Assembly (NCBI GenBank): GCA_964016885.1
Contig: OZ024742.1
Span: forward strand, 334,366,001 to 334,430,000
Direction of reading: 5' to 3'
DNA length: 64,000 nucleotides
From: Eledone cirrhosa
Lineage: Eukaryota
The translations under genes were made by a program, and so were the position numbers. Under the pieces are notes generated by a model, which saw nothing but the letters and a program-made list of their open reading frames with translations, searched no databases and had not been told where the DNA came from. The first letter of the stretch is position 1. Every line of letters begins with the position of its first letter. This document shows positions 12,681 through 28,112 of the stretch, one piece after another.

Positions 12681-14163
12681 TGCACAAATATATATATATT
12701 CATGTGCAATTTGAAAATCAGAGTATCACTTTAATAAACTTCACATTCTAATAATCTATGTTTCTTTATGCATGCATGTGTTCGTATACACTTATCTCGC
12801 TCAGATTTAGTATATAACGTCAGTGTTACAAAACTGTGCCGAGCATATTTCTCCTCTAACATGTAGTTAGTTCTTTTTTACATTAATTCCTTATCTCTAT
12901 CACGTTTTCTTCGTGAGGTTACTCGAATACGCGAAAGATGTTATGTAATAAATGTTCCATTCACCTGAAATTAACTCTGCATGTACTCCACTACATGATA
13001 AACTATGTCGTATCGGCGAACGCCGTGAGTTCTTAACTAGCCACCGAAAGCGTATGAGCTAAGCATCTGTCGCATTTGCCATAGGTCTATCCATTTGAAC
13101 TAAGTAGAGATACACAATAGTAATTATATAAGCATGCAGAGATAAAGAAGCCAATATATTGCTATACAAACTAGATATATTGGCCATTATTTTATGAATT
13201 ATATATAAATATTACCTGAAAAAACAGCTCTAGACCCATAGGAGAATATTCACACTTTTGTCATTTTAAAAAGTGCAATCTGCTGAAAGCCTGATGTACT
13301 AGCATCTAATAAACGAAGTTTAATAAAGCAAATAGATCAACAAGTATTAAATTTCTCACTTCAACCACTTACTACGTATCTTGTATAATAACACAACAGA
13401 ATGCATTAGTTAAATTGTATGAACTGATGATAAAATGCTTTAAATGTACAAAATGTTTTTAAAAAGCACATGTATATATTTTGATTTCTGTATGTCTAGT
13501 GGTTTCTAGTCTTGGATCGTAGAATTCCAGGGCATTCGTAAAGTTAGCACTAGGTGTCGGTGAGGTACTTTGAATATTTGAATTACAATCTTGAATAACA
13601 TTCAAGTATTATTGGGTATCTGTTCTCTTATTATTGATATACTTACTACAGAATAACGATATGGAGAACTTCATTAGAATAAAGTGTGTGCTTGGTACTG
13701 ACAAATTTTGGAACTACTGCTCTATTTAGTCATATGACGGTGACAATGCATAAATATCATCGTCTACTGTATAATTACTTACATTAATCCCGATGCTTGT
13801 TTGCTAATTATTTTACCGACGTTAGATGGATAAAATGTGAAGTTAACTTGCGGTGATTATCAACTCGGGGCGACAAGATATGACAAAATATTGAGATGTA
13901 TTTTGTGTGAATCTGTACACAACTTAATAATTCATACAGTACTGAAATATAAGATTTGGAAAATAATACCGCATAAACCACGGAACGAATTAAAAACAAG
14001 GAATTACACAGCATGTATTGCCAACTTCTGTGTCGGACGTTGCGCCAGCAAAGACACTTGCCTAAAGGGGCAGTTAACTGAACATAAAACTACAGGATTG
14101 ATAAGCGAAATCATTAACAGCACACTTGCCCTGTATATATATATATATATATATGTGTGTGTA

Positions 14164-14234
<71 letters not shown>

Positions 14235-14263
14235 GTGGTTACACAACAGTTAGTTCACCATAC

Positions 14264-14301
14264 CGAGAACAATTGTTTCACCTTAGCGGATCCTCAGCTC
14301 G
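14264..14301 (-). ncRNA. Minimal type I hammerhead ribozyme motif
   Basis: CGAG CTGAGGA TCCGCTAAGGT GAAAC AATT GTT CTCG: perfect 4-bp stem I, intact core boxes, palindromic stem III ACAATTGT, GUU triplet. Confidence 0.75.
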
Positions 14302-14362
14302 TAGCTCGTCCCATGGACTGAGTGGTCTACCACTACGGTTATTACCTTCCAGTGTTCTACCG

Positions 14363-14397
<35 letters not shown>

Positions 14398-14650
14398 TAT
14401 ATACTTATATATCTCTCTATATATATATATTGCGACTGATATGTATAATTACACTTAATATACGATATAGAACAATTGTAACTCCATATAAATCTACAAG
14501 AGCACTAGCAGAAATATATCAATAGATATTTTTTATTCGAGAGAGATTCGAAATGCTGACATCATTGGAGATATATCTGTAAAAGCTATGAATAATATCT
14601 ACTGTGGTATACTCACACATATATAACATTATCACACACTTAATGAATTC

Positions 14651-14681
<31 letters not shown>

Positions 14682-14832
14682 TGTGGTTGTGAGTGTGCGG
14701 GCGTACGTGCGAGTGCGTTAAGTATTATAGCATTATCCTTCGATATATAAGGAATATATAGAAACGAGATGTATTTCGAAATATATTTTTCTTAATATTT
14801 CATTTAATTTCATACGATTATACATACATACA

Positions 14833-14918
<86 letters not shown>

Positions 14919-15214
14919 CGCGTGTGTGTGCCTGTATAAGTGTATGTATCCAAATAACATATACATACATATATATATAGAGAGAGAGAGGCGGGAGAGA
15001 TGGGTGAAGACAATAGGAATAGATATGTATGAGTACGTGTGTTTATGTTTAACCAGTCATGTGTAAAACAGTACATTGACATCAAACGTTGTTGTATATA
15101 ATCGATAAGCAAGGGATTAAAACATATTAAAATTTCCTGTCAAATAGAGATGATTTATCTTCAGTTGAAAGGAGGTATAATTTTATATGTATATATGTGC
15201 GTGTATATATGTGC

Positions 15215-15264
<50 letters not shown>

Positions 15265-15432
15265 GTATGTATAAATATATATACATATATATATGCATAC
15301 TTATATGCATAGAAATATAGACGTACTAAAGTGAATGGAAAAGTGTAGTATATGATGTATATATTTGTGTTTTTATGTGTTCATATGTATATATTTATAT
15401 ATATATTTATACATATATATATATATATATTA

Positions 15433-15492
<60 letters not shown>

Positions 15493-15509
15493 GGAGAGAG
15501 AGAGAAAGA

Positions 15510-15541
<32 letters not shown>

Positions 15542-15644
15542 TAGGGAGGGAGAAATGGGTGTGGCAAAGAAAGATTGATAGGTAGACAGATATATATATG
15601 CAATTAATGAACGTGTGTTTAGAAACAATGAGCAAAATAAATAA

Positions 15645-15826
15645 ATAATTGTTTCTACTTTTAGCACAAGGCCAGCATTTATCCCAGTGCATTACTGGTA
15701 CTTTATTTTATCGACCCCGTAAGGATGAAAGGCAAAGTTAACCTCGACGGGATTTGAACTCAGACCGTAAAGGGACCTAACTATGCTGCAAAGCATGGCG
15801 TCCAACCCTCTACCGATACTGCCAAT
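15645..15826 (-). mobile_element. SINE family S1
   Basis: Near-complete reverse complement of 509-686. Confidence 0.82.
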
Positions 15827-17329
15827 AAATAAATAATAGAACACTATCTACCTTAAAGGAAAAATGGACACTAGCTCTTATCATACTTGAAACCATATGT
15901 TCATGCTATAAATATATACCTTTAAAATCATGTTCCATATACCTTCGTTTTCTGTATATGATAGTTAATGCTCACCGTTTCAACCGGCATTATATGTAAA
16001 TGACTATCTGGGAATATGTATTATTTACAGCACCTATATACCAGCTATTCGCTGATTTACCTTTGTACCGGTTGTACAAATGTCACTCGGGATTCATTCG
16101 TTGTGAATGAGATCTTCCCGTCAGACCAAAAATAGTACATATATGGTAGCAACGAAGAATAACTAACTTTTGCATTAAAATCCAAATTATCGATAGTCGA
16201 ACTGACCAACGGAGAGATAGAAAGCGACATATATCATAGAGAGAGAGATAAAGGAGAAGAATGATAAATAAGACGAAAGAAATTATTTTTACCGAAGAAT
16301 CTATATTGGCATATTGTATTTTACAACAGAAAATTTACGAATCCATATTTATCTTACTTTTAATGTATTTGTATTATTAAATCCCAAGAATTTAGTTTGA
16401 ATGTATTTTTACATCGCTTTATATTACCATCAAGATATTCCAACCTGTCAAGAAAACAAATAATTGTATGCCGTCAACATTTCCAGAAACATTCGTCTAA
16501 CAGAGACTGGAAATATATATATAGTCCTTTTTTTTCTTCTTCTTCGTCCACTTATTCCTGAGAGGGTCGTGGGGTCAGAATCATCAAACGTTCCTTCCAG
16601 GGGGCCTTGTCAGAAGCAACAGTCCCCAATTGATCCGGCTGGATCCCCAAGTGTGACCAGCCAAGCTCATGACTGTTATCCAACTGCTGTCCAGCTATTC
16701 TTTCCTGAGACATTCAAACCACCCATAGTATCGGAGCTGTGATATCCCAAATCGGAGAAATAGTTGCCTCGTAATATATTCATATCCATTAGCTTATGTT
16801 TGTATAATCTAACCAACCGGAACATGGATTTTGTTTCTTTTGTCATTGTTTGTTCTTTTCATATACACCCTAATGATGAACCGTACTATATTAGTGCCAC
16901 TTCTAATTATCTTTCGCCAGTCATGTCCCTACTATATTATCATCTCCAGTCTAAGGAGATTATCATCATGTAATATATATATATAATTATCATCTCCAGT
17001 CTAAGTTTTTGATGCAAATACCATGTAACTTTTAAGCACACAATACCGAATAAGGAAATACACAGATTTACGGATAGATATATACACATTTTCACCACTA
17101 CAGAGATAGCTGCGACATAAACACAAAGAATGATGTACTAACATCTAATAAACAGAGTTTAATAAAGCAAATAAATCAATCCCTATTAAATTTCTATCTT
17201 CGGCCTCTTAAATAAAACATGATATACTACTACGTATTTTGTATAATAACACAAAATGCGTTAGTTAAATTGTATTTAACTAATGGTAAAATGCTTTAAA
17301 ACCGAAAAGATGGCACATTTGATAAATGC

Positions 17330-17510
17330 TTCCAGCACGATCATCTGTCTAAATTTCGAGAAGTGGTTATTTCAATTACTAACCTCTCATCCTCAACCTC
17401 TTCAAAATGGAAACATCTGTTTTTACCAGGTCAAAAGAAGTCTAATACCATGGATGCCATCACTGACCACCAACCAGTATCACTTACCCATTTACAAATA
17501 ATATCACTTT
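17330..17510 (+). pseudogene. Highly decayed LINE reverse transcriptase N-terminal fragment
   Basis: LSSSTSSKWKHLFLPGQKKSNTMDAITDHQPVSLT resembles the P..WK.A...PI.KK......NYRPISL motif. Confidence 0.4.
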
Positions 17511-17817
17511 CCTTCCAACGCTACAACAGTTAACACCTTTTAATTTGTTCATTGCTGAATTACTCCCTTTACATTTCTTGTAACAGTTTATATATCTCAT
17601 GATGTTTCTCATTGTATTTATTACACCACATTCTACTTCCGCTTTAGAACACTTTCACATACGAAAGAAAAGGACACAAATACTATAAGATGGTGTCAAT
17701 AAACGTTGAGGATTCTGGGCCCGATTTAGAAACATCTGAACCAGGCAACCAAAGACACATTCATTCGTACTTAAACAACAGTATATTTGGTGTAATATAT
17801 ATATATATATATATATA

Positions 17818-17947
<130 letters not shown>

Positions 17948-18882
17948 GATAGATAATTTCGTTGTGCATGTATGCTGTTATAAGAAAATTCCGTGCGCTC
18001 GCACTTTTATTTTGCCCATCACATACGCCTTCTTTACATGCCTCTACACGCATACATAGAGACACAATTTAAGCACTGACAGCTAGCTGTGGTTTATCTG
18101 TTACCAATAAATTCTAAATATATGGAATGATAAACGGAATTGACTTAATGAAGTATATAAACTTTAACATTGATAACGTAGGTTTATCAATGTCTTCTCC
18201 ACCAATTAATGCAATGTGAATATTTAAATATGCACACACACACACACACACATACATTTTAGATGGAGAAGTATCGAAAGGTGTATGTGTAGTCTTTTTT
18301 AGTGCTTCTGTTTGGTACACTGATATAATTACATTCCTGTCCCGGGTTTAATGCTTTCATGCAGTGACATTCAACCCATGACAACTTGCTCGCAAAGCGA
18401 ACTTAACCACACAGCTTTGTCGGTGCCTGGCAAAATAAATGCTTCGTAAAATCACTAGATTTTGCGATATTGTTTAAAGACATATTTTAGACTATAATTT
18501 AGATAAACTTATATCACATACACTTATGACTCCATTTTCACAAGTTGAATATCATGAAAATTATAGTCAATTTCACAACCAAAAATATAATATATTAACT
18601 TATACATTTACTTATTGTTTTAACATTTCTCATGATCATGATGATGAGGACGATGATGATCATTTTGATATTGTGCGGGTGTTGTATTATGTATGTATTA
18701 AAATAGTTTATACGTAGAATATTGGCAGATTGCTTAGATACATAAAGTGCTTGCATATTTCATGAGACGATATCCATTTGTGTTCCCTTTTCTTCAAGTA
18801 CTGCAACTTCTTTAAAATGTAGAATGGAAAAGCGTTTATTATTTCATCTCATAAATATGGTGCCAGAAGGTTCTGTAAGTGG

Positions 18883-18956
<74 letters not shown>

Positions 18957-18971
18957 CACACACACACACAT

Positions 18972-19002
<31 letters not shown>

Positions 19003-19024
19003 CACATCACACACACACACACAT

Positions 19025-19061
<37 letters not shown>

Positions 19062-19081
19062 TCACACACACACACACACAT

Positions 19082-19213
<132 letters not shown>

Positions 19214-19403
19214 CGTTTCTTAATTTATTTAGCCAGATTCTTTATCTGAAAACGTGTTTTGAAACCGATATTGTTATACTTAGGGAGGGTCATGTTGCCG
19301 ATAAGAAACACACGCACCAGTTGTTCAGTTCAATTTATTATAATAAATTTATAAATTTCCGGTTGGTTGGTTGGTTCCACAACCAGATGATTGTTTATAT
19401 ATT

Positions 19404-19446
19404 GTCAAAGTTCTTTCGTCACACATTCTGTGCCCTCTTCAGTGAC
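19404..19446 (-). ncRNA. Type I hammerhead motif in pLTR
   Basis: GTCA CTGAAGA GGGCACAGAATGTGTGAC GAAA GAACTT TGAC. Confidence 0.6.
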
Positions 19447-19645
19447 TGGGGATTCTTTTCTTTATTTTTGTGCCTTTTATTTATTCTGTCCTACGCCATC
19501 TTGCTTTTGTGTGTGTTGTGTGCTTAGTTTGCGCATGTGTTACATCCGGGTGTCTGTGTGTGTTTACATTTGTTTATTTATTTGATTATTTACACGTTAC
19601 TGGTTGGTTGTTTGTTCTATGTGCGTGTGTGTTCTCATTTTGTCC

Positions 19646-20200
19646 TTAATTGTAAGTTGTGATGTTGCTGTTCCATTCATGTTTTCTATTTAATTTTGGT
19701 TGGAGTTCAATTATGTTTATTGCCTCTGTGATTTGTCTAGACATTGCGTTTTTTCTGTGTGTAGATTCTATTTTTATTTCTACGTTCTCTAATTTACCCT
19801 TATGTTCTATTTTAGCATGTTGGTAGAGTACAGATGATTCTTTACTATCTTGAAGATCTCGCCAGTGTTCATTTATCCGTTCCCCTATAATACGAGCTGT
19901 CTCACCTATGTACACTATATTCTTATCTCTACATTGTCCTTCAGTACATCTTATGCTATATACTACATTTCTAGTTTTACAGTTAATATGGGGGCTTAAT
20001 TTACAGATTATACATTTCTTATCTATACAGGGAGGTCTTTGAAAAGGGAATGTATTGCTAATAAATGTTTTTATGGAGATCTCTGGTCTTTCTACTATCT
20101 TAATATTGAGTTTATGTTTATCTAGAGCCCTTCTAAATTTGTAAGCTAATTCACCTCTAGGGGTTGTATCGATGAACTTTACACTCTGGTATTTATTGCT
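19646..20200 (-). pseudogene. PLE GIY-YIG endonuclease domain, open frame but 5'-truncated
   Basis: PCIDKKCIIC...CKTRNVVYSIRC...YIGETARIIGERINEH...RQITEAINIIELQPKLN. Confidence 0.9.
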
Positions 20201-20471
20201 ATCATACCATGAGTATGATAGCAATAAATAAACAAATAAACAAATATAAATTAATATAAATAAATAAATAAATAAATAAATACAAATAAATGAATATAAA
20301 TAAATAAATATGAATAAATATAAATATAAATAAATAAATAAATAAACAAATATAAACACACACAGACACCCGGATGTAACACATGCGTAAACTAAGCACA
20401 CAACACACAAAAAAACAAGATGGCGCAGGACAGAACAAAGGAGAGACACAAAAACAAAGAAATAATCCCCA

Positions 20472-20514
20472 GTCACTGAAGAGGTCACAGATTGTGTGAC
20501 GAAAGAACTTTGAC
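20472..20514 (+). ncRNA. Type I hammerhead motif in inverted pLTR
   Basis: GTCA CTGAAGA G GTCACA GATTG TGTGAC GAAA GAACTT TGAC. Confidence 0.65.
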
Positions 20515-20667
20515 AATATATAAACAATCATCTGGTTGTGGAACCACCAACCAACCGGAAATTTATAAATTCCTAAATTTATAAATTTATTGTAATAAAT
20601 TGAAGTGAAACAATTGGTGCGTGTATCTCTTATTGGCAACATGACCCTCCCAAAGTATAACAATATA

Positions 20668-20772
<105 letters not shown>

Positions 20773-20837
20773 GTATGTATGTATATATATGTATATATGT
20801 ATGTATATATATATGTATGTATGTGTGCGTCTGTGTG

Positions 20838-20941
<104 letters not shown>

Positions 20942-20998
20942 TACATATTTATGGATACATATATCTGTTCATCCTCCCTCTCTCTCTGTATGTATATA

Positions 20999-21126
<128 letters not shown>

Positions 21127-21483
21127 GAGAGAGGGGCGATAAACAGATATATATATATCCATCAATGTGTATAGGACCTCAGTCGATTCCACCGATATTG
21201 CTCCAGTTGAGCTAGTCAATGGATCAGACTCGTGAAGTTAAACCTGAAGTTGTTGCGCATTTCACTTACACAATTACCTTTAACGTAATTCTCCAAGAAA
21301 TTCCATATCATGCAACATCAGAAATGAGAGGGCGTTTGAATAAAAGGCACACTGAAGTTTTATTTCAGCAAACTGTTCTGAAGCAACATGAAATAAATAT
21401 CAAGCTCAAAGACACAACTAAGCCACGAGCCGGCATAACTCTTTATATCGAAACAGACAAAACTACACACACACACACATACT

Positions 21484-21534
<51 letters not shown>

Positions 21535-21535
<1 letters not shown>

Positions 21536-22581
21536 TATAATGAATGCATGACGAAAAACGTAGTCTACAGGTGCATGGTCACAACCCCTAACTCTGAGCA
21601 CCACTACATAGGATCGACGGCGACGAGCTTCAAAGATATGTGGTATAACCATCGCCATTCCTTTAACAGAATAGAAAAGAGGAAATGTACGGTCCTTTCT
21701 GAATTGATCTCGAAGCGCTCAAACTTGAAAAGACCTCGCACTCTCTGGTCTGGTCCGTGGTTAGAAAGGTTCCCCCAGAAAGAGGCGGGTCAGGTATTTG
21801 CAACGACTGTCTTAGTGAGACACTCGAGATACTTCATGGCGGAACCAAGCTATTAAACAGAAGGACCGACATATTCGGTGCCTGCAGACACCTAAGGACG
21901 GGAACTTTCCGCAAGCTATATGGATAAACCCCGACTATGGCCTCCCACAACGCCCCCCCCCCCCCCCGCATGCAGGTCCCCTACACCCCGTGCCAATGAC
22001 CAATGGACAACAACAAACACCCATAGTTTGTAGTCCCTACGGTGGATTGTCCACCGGATCCTCTACTGGTTAGGAGTCAACAAAACCACGTTTATTGAAC
22101 CTGAGGACCCCCCGGAGTGGCCCAAACAGGAAGAACAATTATCGCAAGGTACTAACCCTATACGCATGAATGATTGCCCGCAACCGTGCATACTGGGATT
22201 ACGTGAATGTACACACTCATGTGAACGCAACGAAATACTAATACCCCAGGTTGCATTTGAAAAATGTTCGCGTGTATGCTTAAGAGTATATTTGTATATG
22301 CTCTCTTGTATGAGTGCATATGTGTATATAGACATACACGCGCATCCAGAGGTATAAAAGTGTGGGTGGGTATATATGTCTGTACTAAGGGATTTGCCTA
22401 ACTCCAAAGCCCCCAAGCTATTGCTGTGAAGATATATATCACACTCTACTTTTGTCTAGTCTAAACAATAACTTTTCCAAACACACACTTTACTTTTCTT
22501 TAAAAATAACACCCACCTAGTTTTATGTCTGCCTTATACTTGGATTTGGGGGCTCTGTTGTATATATGTATGCACTTGTGC

Positions 22582-22633
<52 letters not shown>

Positions 22634-22655
22634 CTGTATGGATTTGTGTGTGTAG

Positions 22656-22737
<82 letters not shown>

Positions 22738-23416
22738 GGATAGGTGTGAGTGTATGTACAAGTCAACCAACATAAGTCTTTTTATTTCTAAAATTTATAA
22801 ACTTACTAAGTATTTGATTCAAACCATAATTTTCAGTATTACCACGACACATACATTCCTCAATTTGTATGTGTGGATGTGTGTGTGTGTTTGTGGGGGT
22901 GGGTGTGAGTGTATGTGCAAGTCAACCAACATAAGTCTTTTTATATATAAATGTTCTAGTATTCTACTCTAACCATAATTTTTAGTATTACCACCCCACA
23001 TAAATTCCTCAATTTAAGAATGACCTGTAGTATCGAATTTCATACTATAAACCACAATTGAATATATATCTGACCAGGAATGCATTTTGTGAAAATCAGT
23101 CATATGGAACTATTGTCATCATGCCTGACGGTTTAAACTTTACAACACCACCTGCCTCTTTGAGGTCAAATACCAACCCTACCAGCATCTACAAACTGAC
23201 CAATGAGAATTAAGATTATTCCTGCTGACATTAAATTATTCCTAAGAAGCTCATATGTCCCAAGGCTCTGATACCATCAACAACATAAACACAGAGCTGG
23301 CATATCTAAGAACTGACTAACTGCCTGATGAGGTCATAGCCATTCAATCGCTATCATCGAAATATATATAGCCGTAAATAAAGGATTATGAGTTCATGCA
23401 ATTGACTTAGGTTTCG

Positions 23417-23420
<4 letters not shown>
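21535..23420 (+). mobile_element. 5'-truncated Penelope-like element (GIY-YIG remnant 21541-21926, long 3' region)
   Basis: ECMTKNVVYRCMV...HYIGSTATSFKDMWYNHRHSF...LLNRRTDIFGACRH; hammerhead near the 3' end; internal duplication ~22735-22865/22900-23015. Confidence 0.8.
23320..23375 (+). ncRNA. Type I hammerhead ribozyme motif
   Basis: ACTGC CTGATGA GGTCATAGCCATTCAATCGCTATCATC GAAA TATATA TA GCCGT. Confidence 0.7.
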
Positions 23421-23458
<38 letters not shown>

Positions 23459-23488
23459 GATCAAAAGATGGTTAAAAGAGTTCCAAGT

Positions 23489-23557
23489 ATTTTATTATGC
23501 GCATTTCAAAATCGAATATCATCATGAGATGACATTTGCGTTTTCGTCAGATAAAAT
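23489..23557 (-). ncRNA. Type I hammerhead ribozyme motif
   Basis: ATTTTAT CTGACGA AAACGCAAATGTCATC TCAT GATGATATTCGATTTT GAAA TGCGCA TA ATAAAAT; perfect 7-bp stem I, palindromic stem III. Confidence 0.75.
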
Positions 23558-24165
23558 AGGGATACATGATATGAAGGTTAAAAAACACTTGTACTCCAGT
23601 CATACAAACTGTAGAGTGCTACTTATCCGATATTTGCATTGCTTTATTGTTCTACAATAAAACTCACCTTCTACATATATATATATACATAACCCCACTG
23701 TCTGAAAAGCGGACTAGACGTGTATTAATATTGTCTAGGGTCCTGAAACCTTTGGTAATGGATTAGTTATATATTGTGTGGTTCACTCTCTAATTAAATA
23801 GCTCTGTTTTATACATAGAGCTCTCCTTTTTCCGAAATACTTAACATATATATATATATATATGGTTTATACGTATGTAGTTTTTAGTGTTTTATTGTGT
23901 ATCAACCTTTCATGCGCTGTTCGCAGAGGATCGGGTCACGTTCACCCTTAGAAATTATGGACCCGACTCCATTATAGAGCTGCTTTTCAACTAAAAAATA
24001 CAGTATTTTTGGTTGAATCCCCAGTCTGGAGTTCAGATCGCTTATGAAGTCGTGTTCATAACTTCTACGGGAGATCTTCAGCCAATCATCTGCTAACAGC
24101 ACGTAACAGGTCGAAAAAACTAAATGCATGTAAACGAAACTTCATCGTTTTTCTCTCTCTACATA

Positions 24166-25769
<1,604 letters not shown>

Positions 25770-26280
25770 TATATATATACACACTCTGCCTGTGCATCGC
25801 CTGATCATTTTGGTACCACCAGCAGTAATTATGTATGCTTGTATATATATATATATATATATATACTCACATATACACACATATTTCTTCTTAGCTTCGT
25901 ACGGACCAATAATAACACACATACATACACACACACACACACACTAACTCATGCTTACGCACGTGCTCAAGTATATATCTTTTTACAAAACGTTTTTTTT
26001 TTCCATATCAGATAGACGCGCGCCATCATCTACTTTTCTAAAAAACAAACCATACACAAAACACCAGCACCAATAGTTTTGCAACAGCGATCAACATGAA
26101 TGGGCCTATTATTTTTATCTAAAGACATTTTTTCCAATTCCATCCCGCCCGTCCCCTTAATCTATTTTATTTCTCATTCGTCCGAAACGTTAACACCCTC
26201 TTTCTGCTATATCAAGCGTTAACCTAATATATACCTTCCATATACTGTACCTATTGTCTTGTTATTTCTGTTTACTTTTT

Positions 26281-26365
<85 letters not shown>

Positions 26366-26780
26366 GGATACTATTTATGGTTATGTATATACTAAAACTT
26401 GTTATAGTTATATATATTTTAAACCCTAAACAGTGAAGGTCAGTAATTTATTACTACCTTATTACCAGTAAGATAAATAGCTCAATGTAATAACATCAGT
26501 TGTTCAACATAGCTTTGATTCTTGTGAATTCAATATATATATATATGTATTTATTTATTTATTTATTTACTTATATATATATGTATGTATCTATATAGAA
26601 ATAGATATATATAAATATAGTATTAGTTATACTATTTATGGTTATGTAAATACAAAACCTTAAGCAGTTGTAAGTATTTTACACACACCCTAAATAGTGG
26701 TAGGCAGTATTGTATTACTACCTTATTACCAGTAAGTTAAGTAGCTCAATGTAAAAACATCAGATGATTTACAGAGCAGT

Positions 26781-26918
26781 TATATGAAATATAAGAATCA
26801 AAGAACTGTTCAAAACATTATTGTGCTTACAGCTGTTTCCTCCAAACCTCGGTTTGGTGGAAACAGCTGTAAGCACAATAATGTTTTGAACAGTTCTTTG
26901 ATTCTTATATTTCATATA
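26781..26918. repeat. 138-bp near-perfect palindrome containing the 3' half of a hammerhead
   Basis: Centre GTTTCCTCCAAACC-TC-GGTTTGGTGGAAAC; right arm reads GAAAC AGCT GTA. Confidence 0.9.
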
Positions 26919-26942
26919 TTTCATATATATAAATATATATGA

Positions 26943-27019
<77 letters not shown>

Positions 27020-27079
27020 GCTCAGTATTTATACTTTGAGCTTGTTAATTGCAGGGTATCAATATGAGTTAATAACTCT

Positions 27080-27118
<39 letters not shown>

Positions 27119-27899
27119 TTGTTTCTGAATTTGTTTAGCAAGATTCTTTATCTGAAAACGTGTGTTGAAACCAATATCGTTATGCTTTGGAAGGGTTATG
27201 TTGCCAATAAGAAACACACGCACCAGTTGCTTTCACTCCAATTTATTATAAATTAAATTATAAATAAAAAACTAAATAAATAAAAATATCGTGTGTGTGA
27301 GTGTGGCGGAATTTGGTAATTGGTGTAACTATATGTACATATTCAGTTTAACGTTCCCAATATATGTCTTGCAAGCGTTTCTAGATGTATGTTTTCTTAG
27401 TATCTGGGTAGTGTCAAATTATGTGATTTACATTTATGTTCTATCCGTGTATAAAGTTATATAAGTTACACACAAACTGCTATTTAGTGTGTATATTATA
27501 TCTACATGGTTGCGTGGGCATGTGCGTGCTTATGTGGGTACATGCATGCATAAATGCACGTGTTTCTGTCTGCGGGCGTGTACATAGAGAAAGATTTTTT
27601 TTTCAAACTTGTATTATCATCGATATTAAAAAATTTTCACATTTCTTTGTAAGTTATTTCTGTTGAATCCAAAGAACTATCGCATTCCTACATCTAAAAG
27701 TCTTTTAAGAAATGGTAGTATTAGTTAGCTGCGAACTATTCACGTGGTGAGCAGTAGACCATCGAAGAGTTGTTTCGCAGTGTTTGCTCCAGTCTTTTTC
27801 GTTCCGTGTTCAAATCCCGCAAAGGTTAGTGTTGCCTTTAATTGTTAGAGCCTAGATGAAACTGAGTACTCGTAATGTATCTATCATTAATTTCGCGAT

Positions 27900-28112
27900 G
27901 GTTGTGATGGATTGTCAGTTATTAGAGCATTAGAGAGATGCTTAACAATATTTGTTACGGATATTTCCGTTCTGGATCCAAATGCTGCCGAAGTCAAATT
28001 TCCCTTTCATTCTTCCGAGGTCGATAACATAAATTATCAGTCAAGAACGGAGGTGGTTATAATCGGTTGACCCAATTACAGCCAAATTTCGGACCTTGTG
28101 CTAAATGTAAAA
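27900..28112 (+). mobile_element. Decayed SINE family S1
   Basis: CCTTTCATTCTTCCGAGGTCGATAA...GGACCTTGTGCTAAA; a second decayed copy at ~27720-27880. Confidence 0.6.

Noticed and set aside
13640-13913. Minus-strand AG...GTAAG pairs suggesting exons
   Set aside because: All three frames contain stops in both candidate exons; no coding support
16525-16745. GC-richer segment with (GAA)n end on the minus strand
   Set aside because: Probably a retroposon 3' fragment but no motif allowed classification
26360-26770. Two diverged ~150-bp direct copies with a possible decayed hammerhead on the minus strand
   Set aside because: Duplication is real but both core boxes are too degenerate to call a ribozyme
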